Source: an uncultured Candidatus Saccharibacteria bacterium (GTDB lineage: Bacteria; Patescibacteriota; Saccharimonadia; Saccharimonadales; Saccharimonadaceae). From it: 55,745 nucleotides of DNA. The stretch spans positions 8,529 through 64,273 of the forward strand of contig CAZOOQ010000001.1 in assembly GCA_964581485.1 (NCBI GenBank), read 5' to 3'. How positions within the stretch are numbered: position 1 is the stretch's first letter; each line of letters begins with the position of its first letter. Made by a program: the position numbers and the translations under genes. The notes beneath the pieces are model-generated. The model was not told the origin of the DNA and made no database searches. It saw nothing but the letters and a program-made list of their open reading frames with translations. Shown one piece after another: positions 19,202 to 28,287 of the stretch.

Positions 19202-21022
19202 CTACTGCCCAGGAATCCGGAACTGTGCTGGATCGGCAGCACCTGGCTCAGATGGACCAGAACCAATCGGACCGATTGAAGCGAGTGGCGGAAGCATGTC
19301 ACCCAGCGTTGTACCAGGAACTGGCGTGGTGTCAGGGTTGCTTGGCAATGGAGGTAGTGTCGAAAAATCAGGCATGGGTGGCAAAGCAGGCATAGGTGGT
19401 AAATCGACCGAAGGATCGACTGGCGTTGTCGCATCTGTCAGTGGAGCTACCCCTGTCATCGACGGTGCAACTGCGGCATTTACAGCGGCCAAAGCCTCCT
19501 CTTGTTGCGTGCGCGCCTGAGCGTCAATCTCAGCGAGCGTTGGTGGTGCAACAGTCGGCGCAGGCGGTTGAATCGCACCAATAGACTGCGCTACCGAAGC
19601 AGCCTGGCTGTTTTGTGAGAGGATATCGGGTATCGACGGTTCACTAGTATCAGCAGCACTAGCGGCATTGAGAGGCGTATGGAACGCTGGCTCTTCGCTG
19701 ACATAGCCAGTAGAGCTATGGCTCAGAATTGTTCGATTTCGGTCTTTTTCGAGCTCGCGTTGCTTGTCGGCAGCAGCTTGCTCAGTGGTGGCATTGAGCG
19801 TCCCCCCTATCGAAGGCCCACCAAGAGAACTCGGTGATGAGTGCGACGAGTCAGATGTCGGCACGGCGCTTAGAGGCGTCAAGGCAGGCGTCACTGCAAT
19901 ACTCGGTAGTTCCGCCGCTAGCTCTTGCTCAGCTTGCTCAACCTGTTCAGCTTGTGAAGTATCGGCTGTTACTGGAGTAGCCTTTGTCTGTAGCTCGGTT
20001 TTGGCCTCATTAAAGGCTTCGGCAGACTGCTTCTCAGCTACTAGTCTTCTAGCCTCGTCGACTGCATCCTCAGGTGGATGCCCGACGACTAGCGAGCCGT
20101 CTGCTGCCAAGCCTTCTTCTTTTGGCGGCTCTGGCGCCGTAGGCTCTGTGGCTGCTGGTGGCGTAGATGAGGCGCTGCCACGATCAACTTTCGCTGATTC
20201 GCCTTCTTTGAGGTCGCCTGTCGTAGTTTTTGGTGGTGTAGGTGTTGCTGTCTCTGAGGCTGAGGGCTCGCTAACTTGTAGTTTTGTCGCAATCAGCTGC
20301 TGATTTGCACCGGCTGCCATCAACTGCGCAGCGGTCGTCATCACTTTTGAACTTGTTTTGTTGTTGCTAAATCGCTCGGTAGCCGCAACGATACCGGTCA
20401 AAAATGCAGTCGCAATCTGCTCATCGACAAGGTTCTTGTCTGTCTTCATTGCATCAGCGAGTTCGACGAGCATTTCTGAATAACTACTTGAGTCGTTAGC
20501 GGTCCATTCGAGTCCACCGAGCTGAGTAGCTTCACCAAGCGAAATTGCCGCGACCGTTGCATCGTGCAAAATTCGTCCGTGGCTCTCGAGTGCTTTGTCG
20601 AGGTCTTTCTCTGTCTTCACGCCAATAGCCAGCACCATTTCGACATTATAGTCTCCCTGACTGAAGTCAAGGTCTTTCTCAGAAATCGTTGTGCGGTACG
20701 GCGTGATAAATATTTTCACCATGTCATCGACAACTTTGTAGCGCAAATGGTCGGCTTTTTCTTTGTCGAGTGCAATGATGAAATCTCGCAGGCTATCTAC
20801 TGTATCTTCAAACGTCTTTTCTGGCTCCAAGAAACTAATAGCAGGGGGAACGTGTCCACTAAACACCGCTGTGGCATGCTTGCCAAGCTTGTTGAGCAGA
20901 AGTGTGATACCAAGCGCCGCACTGAGTTCGTCGACCGAAGGGTCACTACTCACGGTCACGAGAATATTGTTGCTATCTTTGAGCTTGTCGACAATCTGTT
21001 GTTTGATGCTTGATTCTGCCAT
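19202..21022 (-). CDS. Degenerate DHH-family (NrnA-like) protein with long Pro/Ala-rich C-terminal tail
   Basis: N-terminal DHH fold pattern (ILVT..DPSVDELSAA, GIVAATERF) without the DHH motif; lies upstream of truB. Start moved to 21022 because a -10 box overlaps the GTG at 21064. Confidence 0.7.
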   Translation of the reverse strand: MAESSIKQQIVDKLKDSNNILVTVSSDPSVDELSAALGITLLLNKLGKHATAVFSGHVPPAISFLEPEKTFEDTVDSLRDFIIALDKEKADHLRYKVVDDMVKIFITPYRTTISEKDLDFSQGDYNVEMVLAIGVKTEKDLDKALESHGRILHDATVAAISLGEATQLGGLEWTANDSSSYSEMLVELADAMKTDKNLVDEQIATAFLTGIVAATERFSNNKTSSKVMTTAAQLMAAGANQQLIATKLQVSEPSASETATPTPPKTTTGDLKEGESAKVDRGSASSTPPAATEPTAPEPPKEEGLAADGSLVVGHPPEDAVDEARRLVAEKQSAEAFNEAKTELQTKATPVTADTSQAEQVEQAEQELAAELPSIAVTPALTPLSAVPTSDSSHSSPSSLGGPSIGGTLNATTEQAAADKQRELEKDRNRTILSHSSTGYVSEEPAFHTPLNAASAADTSEPSIPDILSQNSQAASVAQSIGAIQPPAPTVAPPTLAEIDAQARTQQEEALAAVNAAVAPSMTGVAPLTDATTPVDPSVDLPPMPALPPMPDFSTLPPLPSNPDTTPVPGTTLGDMLPPLASIGPIGSGPSEPGAADPAQFRIPGQ

Positions 21023-21062
21023 GGTATTTCCTATTGTTTGTCTGTTATGAGAATTTGTAGTC

Positions 21063-21135
21063 ACTATACCATAAGTGTTTTCAGTATGTCAATGATATTC
21101 GCCCACTTTACAAACAGAGGTTTTTCATCTATAAT
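21063..21135. promoter_or_regulatory. Divergent sigma70-type promoters (DHH-like gene and rpsT)
   Basis: Minus: TTGACA-18-TATAGT (21063-21092). Plus: TTTACA-17-TATAAT (21107-21135). Confidence 0.65.
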
Positions 21136-21183
21136 CGACCGTTGATTGTAATAGTAAGCAAAACGTGAGAAAAAGGAAGCACT

Positions 21184-21591
21184 ATGCCCATCATCAAATC
21201 AGCCATCAAACGCATGAAGCAGACCGCCAAACGCCGCGACCGCAACGTCGGTATCAAGCGTGATATCAAGTCTGCAGTGAAGGCATTTGTCGCCAAACCA
21301 ACTGCCGAGGCTCTCAGCGCCGCTCAGAGCGAGCTCGACACCGCCGTCAAGAAAAAACTCATGAAAAAAGCCACCGCAAGCCGCCGCAAGTCTGCTCTCG
21401 CAAAGGCCGCCAAAGAAGCCGGCGTGAAGATGCCAACTAGCAAAGCGAAAAAAGCCGCACCAAAGGCAGCCGCAAAACCAGCTGCTAAGCCTACAACTGC
21501 CAAAAAAGCACCAGCCAAAGCCGCTGCAAAACCAGCCGCAAAGCCTGCCGCCAAGAAACCAGCTGCAAAAAAGCCCGCAGCCAAAAAGTAA
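21184..21591 (+). CDS. rpsT: 30S ribosomal protein S20 with Lys/Ala/Pro-rich C-terminal extension
   Basis: MPIIKSAIKRMKQ, LDTAVKKKLMKKATASRRKS; divergent/convergent context next to holA. Confidence 0.95.
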   Translation: MPIIKSAIKRMKQTAKRRDRNVGIKRDIKSAVKAFVAKPTAEALSAAQSELDTAVKKKLMKKATASRRKSALAKAAKEAGVKMPTSKAKKAAPKAAAKPAAKPTTAKKAPAKAAAKPAAKPAAKKPAAKKPAAKK

Positions 21592-21597
21592 CCTCCC

Positions 21598-21621
21598 TCC
21601 CCGCCACTGGCGGGGATTTTT
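21598..21621 (+). terminator. Intrinsic terminator of rpsT
   Basis: TCCCCGCC-act-GGCGGGGA followed by TTTTT. Confidence 0.85.
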
Positions 21622-21639
21622 AGTGCTACTAAGGTGTGG

Positions 21640-21757
21640 GTCGGTCTTATTTTCATTTTGAACCACTGACAATCATCGCTACCATCCTAAAGATTCCTGG
21701 CGCCAGCCCAAGATTCTTTAGGATGGTACGGTGGTGAAAAATGAAAATAAGACTGAC
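21640..21757 (+). other. 118-nt imperfect palindrome (candidate structured RNA or miniature repeat element)
   Basis: 19/20 outer arms (21640-59 / 21738-57) and perfect 14-bp inner arms (21680-93 / 21715-28). Confidence 0.6.
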
Positions 21758-21772
21758 TAGTGTGTCAATAAT

Positions 21773-22696
21773 TTACCGCAACGTCACTGCCATCACAAAT
21801 CGGTCAACCGCTTCCCACGGTGTAACTTCAGACAATTTCGCCCGCGCATCGAGGTCGGCCAGGAGTTGCGTCAGTGTGCGTAGTTCACTGCGCGAAATAT
21901 CCCGAGACTGCGCACGGAGCTTGCCGAGCACATACGGGTGGATAGACAGCTCCCCCGCTGCCGGTCCAGCCATCGCCACACCAACGAGCTGGCACCACTG
22001 ACTGGCAATCGCACCAAATGCACGGTACGGGTCTTCTGTAGTGTGCAGCTGCTCCAAGATCACCTGTGCGCCGTGCGCATCCCGAGCAATCGCGAGCTCC
22101 ATCAAGCGAAAGATCGTCTCGCCAGGTGCGGGTGGCAGCACAGCAGCAATCGAATCATCGTTGACCGTATCGAGTACACTCAGCGCTCTCAGCGCCTGCA
22201 CAAGCTGCATCTGATCGATGATATACTGGCCAGCTCTTTCGCTCGGTACTTGCGCACGCTGCACCATATCACGAATTTGGGCGGGCGAGATCTTCACTTT
22301 CTGAGCACTCGCGAGCTTACCGAGCCACTCTTCAGCGAGTCGAACATCTCGACTAGACCAGTGATCGCTTAGAGTAACCTTCGCGACTTTGACCAGGTCT
22401 TTATACGCCTTGGTGCGCTTATCGATTTTTGATTCGACCAATACAATCGTCGTGTCATCCGACACATCACCTGCCCATTCGACCAACGTCTCCCAGAGAT
22501 CTTGTCGCTCCGACAGCTGCTTGACGATAACCGTCCGCTGCGTCGCAAACAGCGTTCCACCACGCACAATATCGCTCAGTGTCGATTCGCTCAGCTGTGC
22601 GACATCGATTGTTTCGATTTCTGGGGCGTCTTGGGTTAAGCGCTGTAATTCTTGCGCCACTTTGTATGTATTTTCTCCAAGTAGTAGATATATCAC
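21773..22696 (-). CDS. holA: DNA polymerase III subunit delta
   Basis: MIYLLLGEN start, TLFATQRTVIVK, DKRTKAYK, IHPYV; adjacent to rpsT. Confidence 0.85.
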   Translation of the reverse strand: MIYLLLGENTYKVAQELQRLTQDAPEIETIDVAQLSESTLSDIVRGGTLFATQRTVIVKQLSERQDLWETLVEWAGDVSDDTTIVLVESKIDKRTKAYKDLVKVAKVTLSDHWSSRDVRLAEEWLGKLASAQKVKISPAQIRDMVQRAQVPSERAGQYIIDQMQLVQALRALSVLDTVNDDSIAAVLPPAPGETIFRLMELAIARDAHGAQVILEQLHTTEDPYRAFGAIASQWCQLVGVAMAGPAAGELSIHPYVLGKLRAQSRDISRSELRTLTQLLADLDARAKLSEVTPWEAVDRFVMAVTLR

Positions 22697-22702
22697 TATC
22701 TG

Positions 22703-23596
22703 TTATTGTACCACTTGGCAGATCGGACAGTAGTGCGTGCCGCGACCTGCGGTGCGGGTTTTTTCGATAGTAGTGCCACAACGCGGGCATGGGCTACCTT
22801 CTTTGCGAAAGACGCGCGCAAAATCGATGTAGCTGCCACGCTTGCCCTCGGCATTGACATAATTACGGTCAGTGCTACCACCTTTTTCGATGCTGAGATT
22901 CATGACGTATTTGATTTCATCGAGAAGTAGTGCCAATTGCTCATCTGAGACAACTTTTACTCTCGTCGCAGGATGAATCTGTGCTCCCCATAGCGACTCG
23001 TCAGCATAGATATTCCCCACTCCCGCCAGTACGGTCTGATCGAGAATCGCCGCTTTGACTGTTGTGCCACTGCGTCGACGAATGCGGAGAATAAATTCTT
23101 TGCTCGTAAATGAATCTTCGAGTGGCTCCGGACCCACACGCTGCATGAAATCGATATTCGGTACTTCCATCGCTGGATAGAGCTTCACCCAGCCAAACTT
23201 GCGCTGGTCATTGAAGTACAAATGACTCCCATCTTGGAAGGTTATTTCTACTCTCGTAGAGTTGTCTGGGAGCCTATCAATAAGACTGTCGGTAGGGTGA
23301 CCACCGCCGAAACGGCTTGTCGGTAGTTCTGCGCTATTATCTCGAATAAACACTAGTTGGCCTGTCATCTTGAGATGAATGACGAGCATGTAGTCGGTCG
23401 AGAGATCGATGAGTAATACTTTTGCGCGGCGACGAACTGCGGTGATAGTCGACTGCAACAAAAATTGCGCCACACTCAACGGGTCATTTGGGAAGCTTTT
23501 CGGTGAATCAAAAACTTGCACACCCGCAACAGATTTGCCGATGATTAACTCCGCAAGCCCTCGGCGGACAGTTTCTACTTCTGGTAGCTCAGGCAT
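22703..23596 (-). CDS. mutM: Formamidopyrimidine-DNA glycosylase
   Basis: MPELPEVE, HLKMTG, GVGNIYADE, C-terminal CPRC/CPICQ zinc finger. Confidence 0.97.
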   Translation of the reverse strand: MPELPEVETVRRGLAELIIGKSVAGVQVFDSPKSFPNDPLSVAQFLLQSTITAVRRRAKVLLIDLSTDYMLVIHLKMTGQLVFIRDNSAELPTSRFGGGHPTDSLIDRLPDNSTRVEITFQDGSHLYFNDQRKFGWVKLYPAMEVPNIDFMQRVGPEPLEDSFTSKEFILRIRRRSGTTVKAAILDQTVLAGVGNIYADESLWGAQIHPATRVKVVSDEQLALLLDEIKYVMNLSIEKGGSTDRNYVNAEGKRGSYIDFARVFRKEGSPCPRCGTTIEKTRTAGRGTHYCPICQVVQ

Positions 23597-23629
23597 GCTC
23601 CTAGTATAGCAGTCGCGTTGCCTGGTTGC

Positions 23630-24433
23630 TTAGGCGACCAGTGTATCGGTGTCTGTTTGTATAATTGCGGCGGTTGCTTTGGCAACATCTTGTGCACGAT
23701 ACATTACAGCATTGTGACCAGCACGAATCGGCGAGTTCGATGTGTCGAGGGTATACAGTGAAAAGCCTGCATGAGCGAGACCGAGCCTCACCTCATCCGC
23801 CCGAATCAATCGGTCGTGCGGAAACAGTAAGGCGTCTCGCTTGATGTGCTCGTCAAGATTTCGTGCTTCATGTGCCACACGATACTGACTGGCGACAATA
23901 GCAGCTCTCAGGAGCTGGTCGGGGCGGCTCGATACTAGATAGTCGATACCATCGAGCACTGCACGAAGCTCACTCGCTATCAGGTGATTTCCCGGGCGCT
24001 CTCGCAAACTCGAGATTGCATACATCGGGTGCACACCACCATAGCCAGCTGGCTGCATCAAGAGTAGTCCAGATATACCTTCTGGCTCATGCAACGCTGC
24101 CATTGTTGCATGCATCCCACCAAGCGAATGGCCCGCTAGTCGCACAGGTCGCTGTGTGCTCTGTGCAATATCTCGTACTACCGACAACACCTCCTGAGTG
24201 CAGAGCGGCGAAGCGCCTTCGTGTGCCATGGTTGCGGCGGCAATTCCACTACTGGCCAAATCACGAGCATAGGGGTTGTACAACCGACGCTTGGCCATTA
24301 TACCCGGCACCGTCAGTACGATTTCGTCACACATACTCTCCTCAGGCGTGCGAAGCGTATAGTGCACCAACCGCTCACCCACTGCGCGTACAACATCTCT
24401 TTTGGTGTAGTGTTGTCGCTCGAGTGACTGCAT
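23630..24433 (-). CDS. Alpha/beta hydrolase
   Basis: GHSLGG nucleophile elbow, C-terminal GH; ATG 24433 lies 6 nt after TATAAC. Confidence 0.8.
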   Translation of the reverse strand: MQSLERQHYTKRDVVRAVGERLVHYTLRTPEESMCDEIVLTVPGIMAKRRLYNPYARDLASSGIAAATMAHEGASPLCTQEVLSVVRDIAQSTQRPVRLAGHSLGGMHATMAALHEPEGISGLLLMQPAGYGGVHPMYAISSLRERPGNHLIASELRAVLDGIDYLVSSRPDQLLRAAIVASQYRVAHEARNLDEHIKRDALLFPHDRLIRADEVRLGLAHAGFSLYTLDTSNSPIRAGHNAVMYRAQDVAKATAAIIQTDTDTLVA

Positions 24434-24469
24434 ACTCAAGTTATAGCACTAGCGACTTGGTGATTCAAG

Positions 24470-24910
24470 TTACTGCGATTTTGCTTTGATTGCTTGCGAT
24501 ACTTTACTGTCGTCGCGTAGGTTTTGCCAAAAGGCTACTTGGCTTGATTTGATGGCAATGCTATCTTGCGGCCCATATACCTGGTCTTTCACCCTCACGA
24601 GCATGGTCTGTGCTGGTTTTGCGCTCCCATCTTCGTTTTTTTCTTGTGGCTGCGTTGTCTGCTCTATGTACGGAGAGTCTAGGTACAGGTAATCACCGTT
24701 GGTATTTTTGAGGTGACCAAAATACGTTTGTCCGTTTACCAGCGACACTACCTGATAGGCCGACGAGTCAATCTGCATCGATGACTGTCGATACTTAAGA
24801 ACGCTCACCGTCGCAATAAAGGCGATTGCAACCACCGCCGCTACGAGAACAATCAAGTACGGCTTCTTCAGGGTCCATAGTCGAAACGTATGTGTCTTAC
24901 CATTTTTCAT
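24470..24910 (-). CDS. Membrane-anchored hypothetical protein (YQxVxLxNGQxYFG type, possibly Sm-like beta fold)
   Basis: N-terminal TM, then YQVVSLVNGQTYFGHL...YGPQD...FWQNL. Confidence 0.75.
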   Translation of the reverse strand: MKNGKTHTFRLWTLKKPYLIVLVAAVVAIAFIATVSVLKYRQSSMQIDSSAYQVVSLVNGQTYFGHLKNTNGDYLYLDSPYIEQTTQPQEKNEDGSAKPAQTMLVRVKDQVYGPQDSIAIKSSQVAFWQNLRDDSKVSQAIKAKSQ

Positions 24911-24940
24911 TGTGTCTTATTATATCCTATCTATCGTGTG

Positions 24941-25306
24941 TTATTTTGATGCAGGCATCTGAGGGGTGTCAATCATAACAGGCTGAATATCAACAATACG
25001 GTCTTTTGAAGGGCGATAAATGATGGCTTTTTTGTGCTGTTGATAAACGAGGACCTTGTCGCCTGCCTCGGTTTGCTTCAGAAACTCGCTAGAGACTTTT
25101 TTGGGGTCTGTCACCGTGAGAAGGGCTGGTGTTTCGTCTGATGGCAACAGCATATGTCGCGCGACCTCCGAGGTAATCGTCTCGACATCACTTCCTTGTG
25201 GTCGATTCGTATAATAATACGCTGCCGCGACAGAGACAACAACTACGACAATCAGCAGCAAGCTAACCCAAAGTTTGCGTGACTGGCGTCTAGTTGTCGC
25301 TTTCAA
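24941..25306 (-). CDS. Membrane-anchored hypothetical protein
   Basis: N-terminal TM, LPSDETPALLTVTD, GDKVLVY, KAIIYRPS; TTG start overlaps the upstream gene's end. Confidence 0.75.
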   Translation of the reverse strand: MKATTRRQSRKLWVSLLLIVVVVVSVAAAYYYTNRPQGSDVETITSEVARHMLLPSDETPALLTVTDPKKVSSEFLKQTEAGDKVLVYQQHKKAIIYRPSKDRIVDIQPVMIDTPQMPASK

Positions 25307-27335
25307 GATACCATCCCGAAAAGTTTAATATAGCGGCGGCGGCCGTGGTGTTATTGGTAATCCAAAAGTGCGGTGCCAAGAAGATTGTGTTTGCGGGGAT
25401 GTTTGACGCGAGAGAACCGCTTACTGAAGCATTGGTCGTGATATTCTTTAAGCGGTAGCCGATCGACGTGCCATTTGGTGCCGAAAACAGGGCGAGCTCG
25501 TAGATGTCGGTCGTATTGAGCGGCAATGTTGCACCGAGATCAGTGACCGTTGGAGCGGCTGCCGCGACATTGGCAATGAGCTGCCAGTTTCCTGTATTAG
25601 TGTTAAACCCAACCCCGACTTTATTTCCAGCTGTGCTCGTCAACGGGTCAACATTCGTCGGCGCAGTTATTACGTCACTCAGACCAACAAACCCTCTGTT
25701 GCCTGCGACCAACGCGCTAGTGCCAAATCGAATCGTATAAAAGAACCCGCCTCGCCCGGCTGCATTGCCTCGCCATACTTGCTGGACGCTTTGGCGGTGA
25801 GACGCGACAGTACCTGCCGTTGCCCCACTGCTAAATGTTGCTCGCCGTATTGAGCTAAGATGGCTAGTAGTGGTTGGTGTCGGATTCGCTGCGGTACCTG
25901 TATTGGTAAATGTCGTACCAAAACCACCAACAAATGTCGTGAGCGTTGTCCCACCGGCCGGCATGATCATTGACACCCTATTAAAACCAAGACTCGCTTG
26001 CATCGGTGTATCCACACCCGACGGTCCGATCCACTTCGGCATGACACGGCCAGCGATGTCCTTTGCGTATATTCTCAAGTTTCCTGCCGCAGGAGCCGCT
26101 GGGTCGTTCTGAGCTGCAAGCTGCAGACCACCCGACTGGATATCCATACCGATGTCCCAACCAGTGCCAACTGCCACTGCTACCTCTGTGCCGGCACCGA
26201 GAGTCGTTGGACCATCCAACTTCAACCCATTGGCTCGCACGCCGGCAGCAGGTCCGGTGGGATTGGCGACGATCCGTACGCCATTCCAGGTCCCGCCACT
26301 CGTGCCGCCCGGTGTGAAATCAACTCGCACGCCCGAACCTTCGACTGCCGCCGCGCCGCCAGCATAATTCACCGCGAGGCCATTTGCGTTGGCAGTCACG
26401 GTTGGGTTCGCCGAATTATCAATAGTAAATAGCGAGCTGGTTGGTGTCGCGCCTGCCAGCACTCTCACTCCCTTGGCTGCGGTAGTCGTGATTGTCGCAG
26501 GGCTCGTGGAATTGTCGTATGCCATCTGCAATGTAGTCGCACTAGTTGCCCCGCAATCACCCCAGCTGCCACCCTGGTAACAACGGAACTTGTTGCTCGT
26601 CGAGTTGTAGTACATACCTCCATTGGTTGAGAGTGCGCCCGCTCCTGGGTCGGAAGTGTTGCTGTCGAGCACGAGTACCTGGGCAGTGGTGTCAGCTGCA
26701 CCGATTTTTACGAGAGAATTTGTGGTATCGACTGTAAAAATATTTGATCCGCTCGAGCCTACCGTAAACGCAGCGCCACTCGCAACATTGACGCCGAGAG
26801 TACCCGTGAAGCTGGTGTTTGACCCGGTTTGTGCAAATGCCGATGAGTCTAGGCCGTCGAGCGTATCTGAATTGAAGGCATACGCACTAGCACCCAGTGG
26901 GTTGCGTGGAGTCATGGGACCTTCGGAGTAGGCTTCACAAGCAGCAGTGGTACAAGTAGCCGTAGCGGGGGTTGGCAGTTCAATCTCAAAGTAGATTTTG
27001 TTGCTATTGTTGAACATGCCGACCGGAAGGCCAACTACATCACCCAGCTGCACGCTAAAGAGCCCGCCTGATGTCACCTTTACTCCCGTGGTGGCCGAAT
27101 TCGCACGCTGCTCTGCCCAGAGCTGCGTGCCGGCACTCGCGGCATCAAAAATACGAAACTTCATGTTGTAGTTGCCCGAAGCCATAGGGTTGCCATTCAC
27201 GTCGGTCAGACGACCCTGAAAGTTCATCTTGTATGGAATTGATTGTGCGGCAAAAACAGGGGTAGAAAACGCAAAAAACGCCACAGCAGCAGCAAACGCT
27301 GGTAGCGTAAACAATACCATCAATGCTTTTCGCAT
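25290..27335 (-). CDS. Secreted Gly/Thr/Ala-rich fibre/adhesin-like protein (681 aa)
   Basis: Signal peptide, MNFQGRLTD N-terminal module, GGMYYNSTSNKFRCYQGGSW repeat-like motif, beta-rich C-terminal domain. Confidence 0.8.
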   Translation of the reverse strand: MRKALMVLFTLPAFAAAVAFFAFSTPVFAAQSIPYKMNFQGRLTDVNGNPMASGNYNMKFRIFDAASAGTQLWAEQRANSATTGVKVTSGGLFSVQLGDVVGLPVGMFNNSNKIYFEIELPTPATATCTTAACEAYSEGPMTPRNPLGASAYAFNSDTLDGLDSSAFAQTGSNTSFTGTLGVNVASGAAFTVGSSGSNIFTVDTTNSLVKIGAADTTAQVLVLDSNTSDPGAGALSTNGGMYYNSTSNKFRCYQGGSWGDCGATSATTLQMAYDNSTSPATITTTAAKGVRVLAGATPTSSLFTIDNSANPTVTANANGLAVNYAGGAAAVEGSGVRVDFTPGGTSGGTWNGVRIVANPTGPAAGVRANGLKLDGPTTLGAGTEVAVAVGTGWDIGMDIQSGGLQLAAQNDPAAPAAGNLRIYAKDIAGRVMPKWIGPSGVDTPMQASLGFNRVSMIMPAGGTTLTTFVGGFGTTFTNTGTAANPTPTTTSHLSSIRRATFSSGATAGTVASHRQSVQQVWRGNAAGRGGFFYTIRFGTSALVAGNRGFVGLSDVITAPTNVDPLTSTAGNKVGVGFNTNTGNWQLIANVAAAAPTVTDLGATLPLNTTDIYELALFSAPNGTSIGYRLKNITTNASVSGSLASNIPANTIFLAPHFWITNNTTAAAAILNFSGWYLESDN

Positions 27336-27401
27336 GGTGTCGATGTCAGGTCCCCTATCTATACAAACTCCACACTACCTCTGTAGTATGGCTTATCTTC
27401 T

Positions 27402-27430
27402 ACTATACTGCTTATGCAAACAACTTACAA
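27402..27430 (-). promoter_or_regulatory. Promoter of the fibre-like gene with a shared 13-bp motif
   Basis: Minus strand TTGTAA-17-TATAGT containing GCATAAGCAGTAT. Confidence 0.5.
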
Positions 27431-27438
27431 GATATAGA

Positions 27439-28287
27439 CTAGGGTTTTTTGACGCGTCGACGCTGCCGTATGACTACCCAACCAAACAGTCCTATCGCCA
27501 CAATAATTAGCGGCAAAAGCCACCGCCAATAGCCAGTTGCTGCTACTATAGGTACTATTTGCCTGCTATCCCCTGCTTGCACAGTGAACCATATCAGTCC
27601 GACAAAATCTCCTGGTGCACGGTAGCTGACTTCTCGTGAGCGCCCCGCCATTACCAGTGGACCCGACATGTCTTTCTGGCCGTAGGGACGAGTCAGCACT
27701 GACATCTGCGGAAAAAAGCCAGTCTTCTTGGTATCAGGGTCAGTATTTGTCACCCGCCAATTGGCATTGAGGCTGTCCCCAATCTGCAATAGTGGTGCTT
27801 GCAACAGGCTGATTGCGGCATGACGACCGGGTGGTGTGCCGTTCTGAATGACAACTAGTGTACCGACACGCACCGATTGGGCAACTCCAGCCTGCGCCGC
27901 GACATCGGTCTTTGCCATGATTGCCGCAAAGCTATCGCCGGTGGCAAGCTTTGTTCCGTCGATCAAAAAGAAGATACGGGCCGCCTCACCCGGCAACAGT
28001 TCGACCTCTGTTAGATCAAGCTGTATTCCTTGCTGCAAACGAGTATCCTCAAAAAAGGTGAGATCTCCGTGATCGTCAGTCTGACGAAATCCTACCACCT
28101 CAAAGTGAACGGTAGCAGTAGCATGATCGGTGTTGATAATATCAACATAGCCTTTTTTCTTTTCGCCAGACTGGAGAGTCGCCCTGTAGTCAAGCGGTGC
28201 AATCCGCAAAGAGCTTGCGTGCGTTAGCAATGGCGCACAGAGTGTCACTACAACTGCCAGTACCGAGGCAGCAACGTAGCGCCTCAT
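27439..28287 (-). CDS. DUF916/WxL-interacting-like two-domain protein with C-terminal TM anchor
   Basis: Signal peptide, SLRIAP...GEKKKGYVDIIN, second Ig-like domain, C-terminal TM + RQRRRVKK. Confidence 0.7.
   Translation of the reverse strand: MRRYVAASVLAVVVTLCAPLLTHASSLRIAPLDYRATLQSGEKKKGYVDIINTDHATATVHFEVVGFRQTDDHGDLTFFEDTRLQQGIQLDLTEVELLPGEAARIFFLIDGTKLATGDSFAAIMAKTDVAAQAGVAQSVRVGTLVVIQNGTPPGRHAAISLLQAPLLQIGDSLNANWRVTNTDPDTKKTGFFPQMSVLTRPYGQKDMSGPLVMAGRSREVSYRAPGDFVGLIWFTVQAGDSRQIVPIVAATGYWRWLLPLIIVAIGLFGWVVIRQRRRVKKP

Noticed and set aside
21640-21757. SRP RNA or tRNA
   Set aside because: Lacks the SRP helix-8 GGAA loop with CAGG/AGCA internal loop; no cloverleaf or T-loop.
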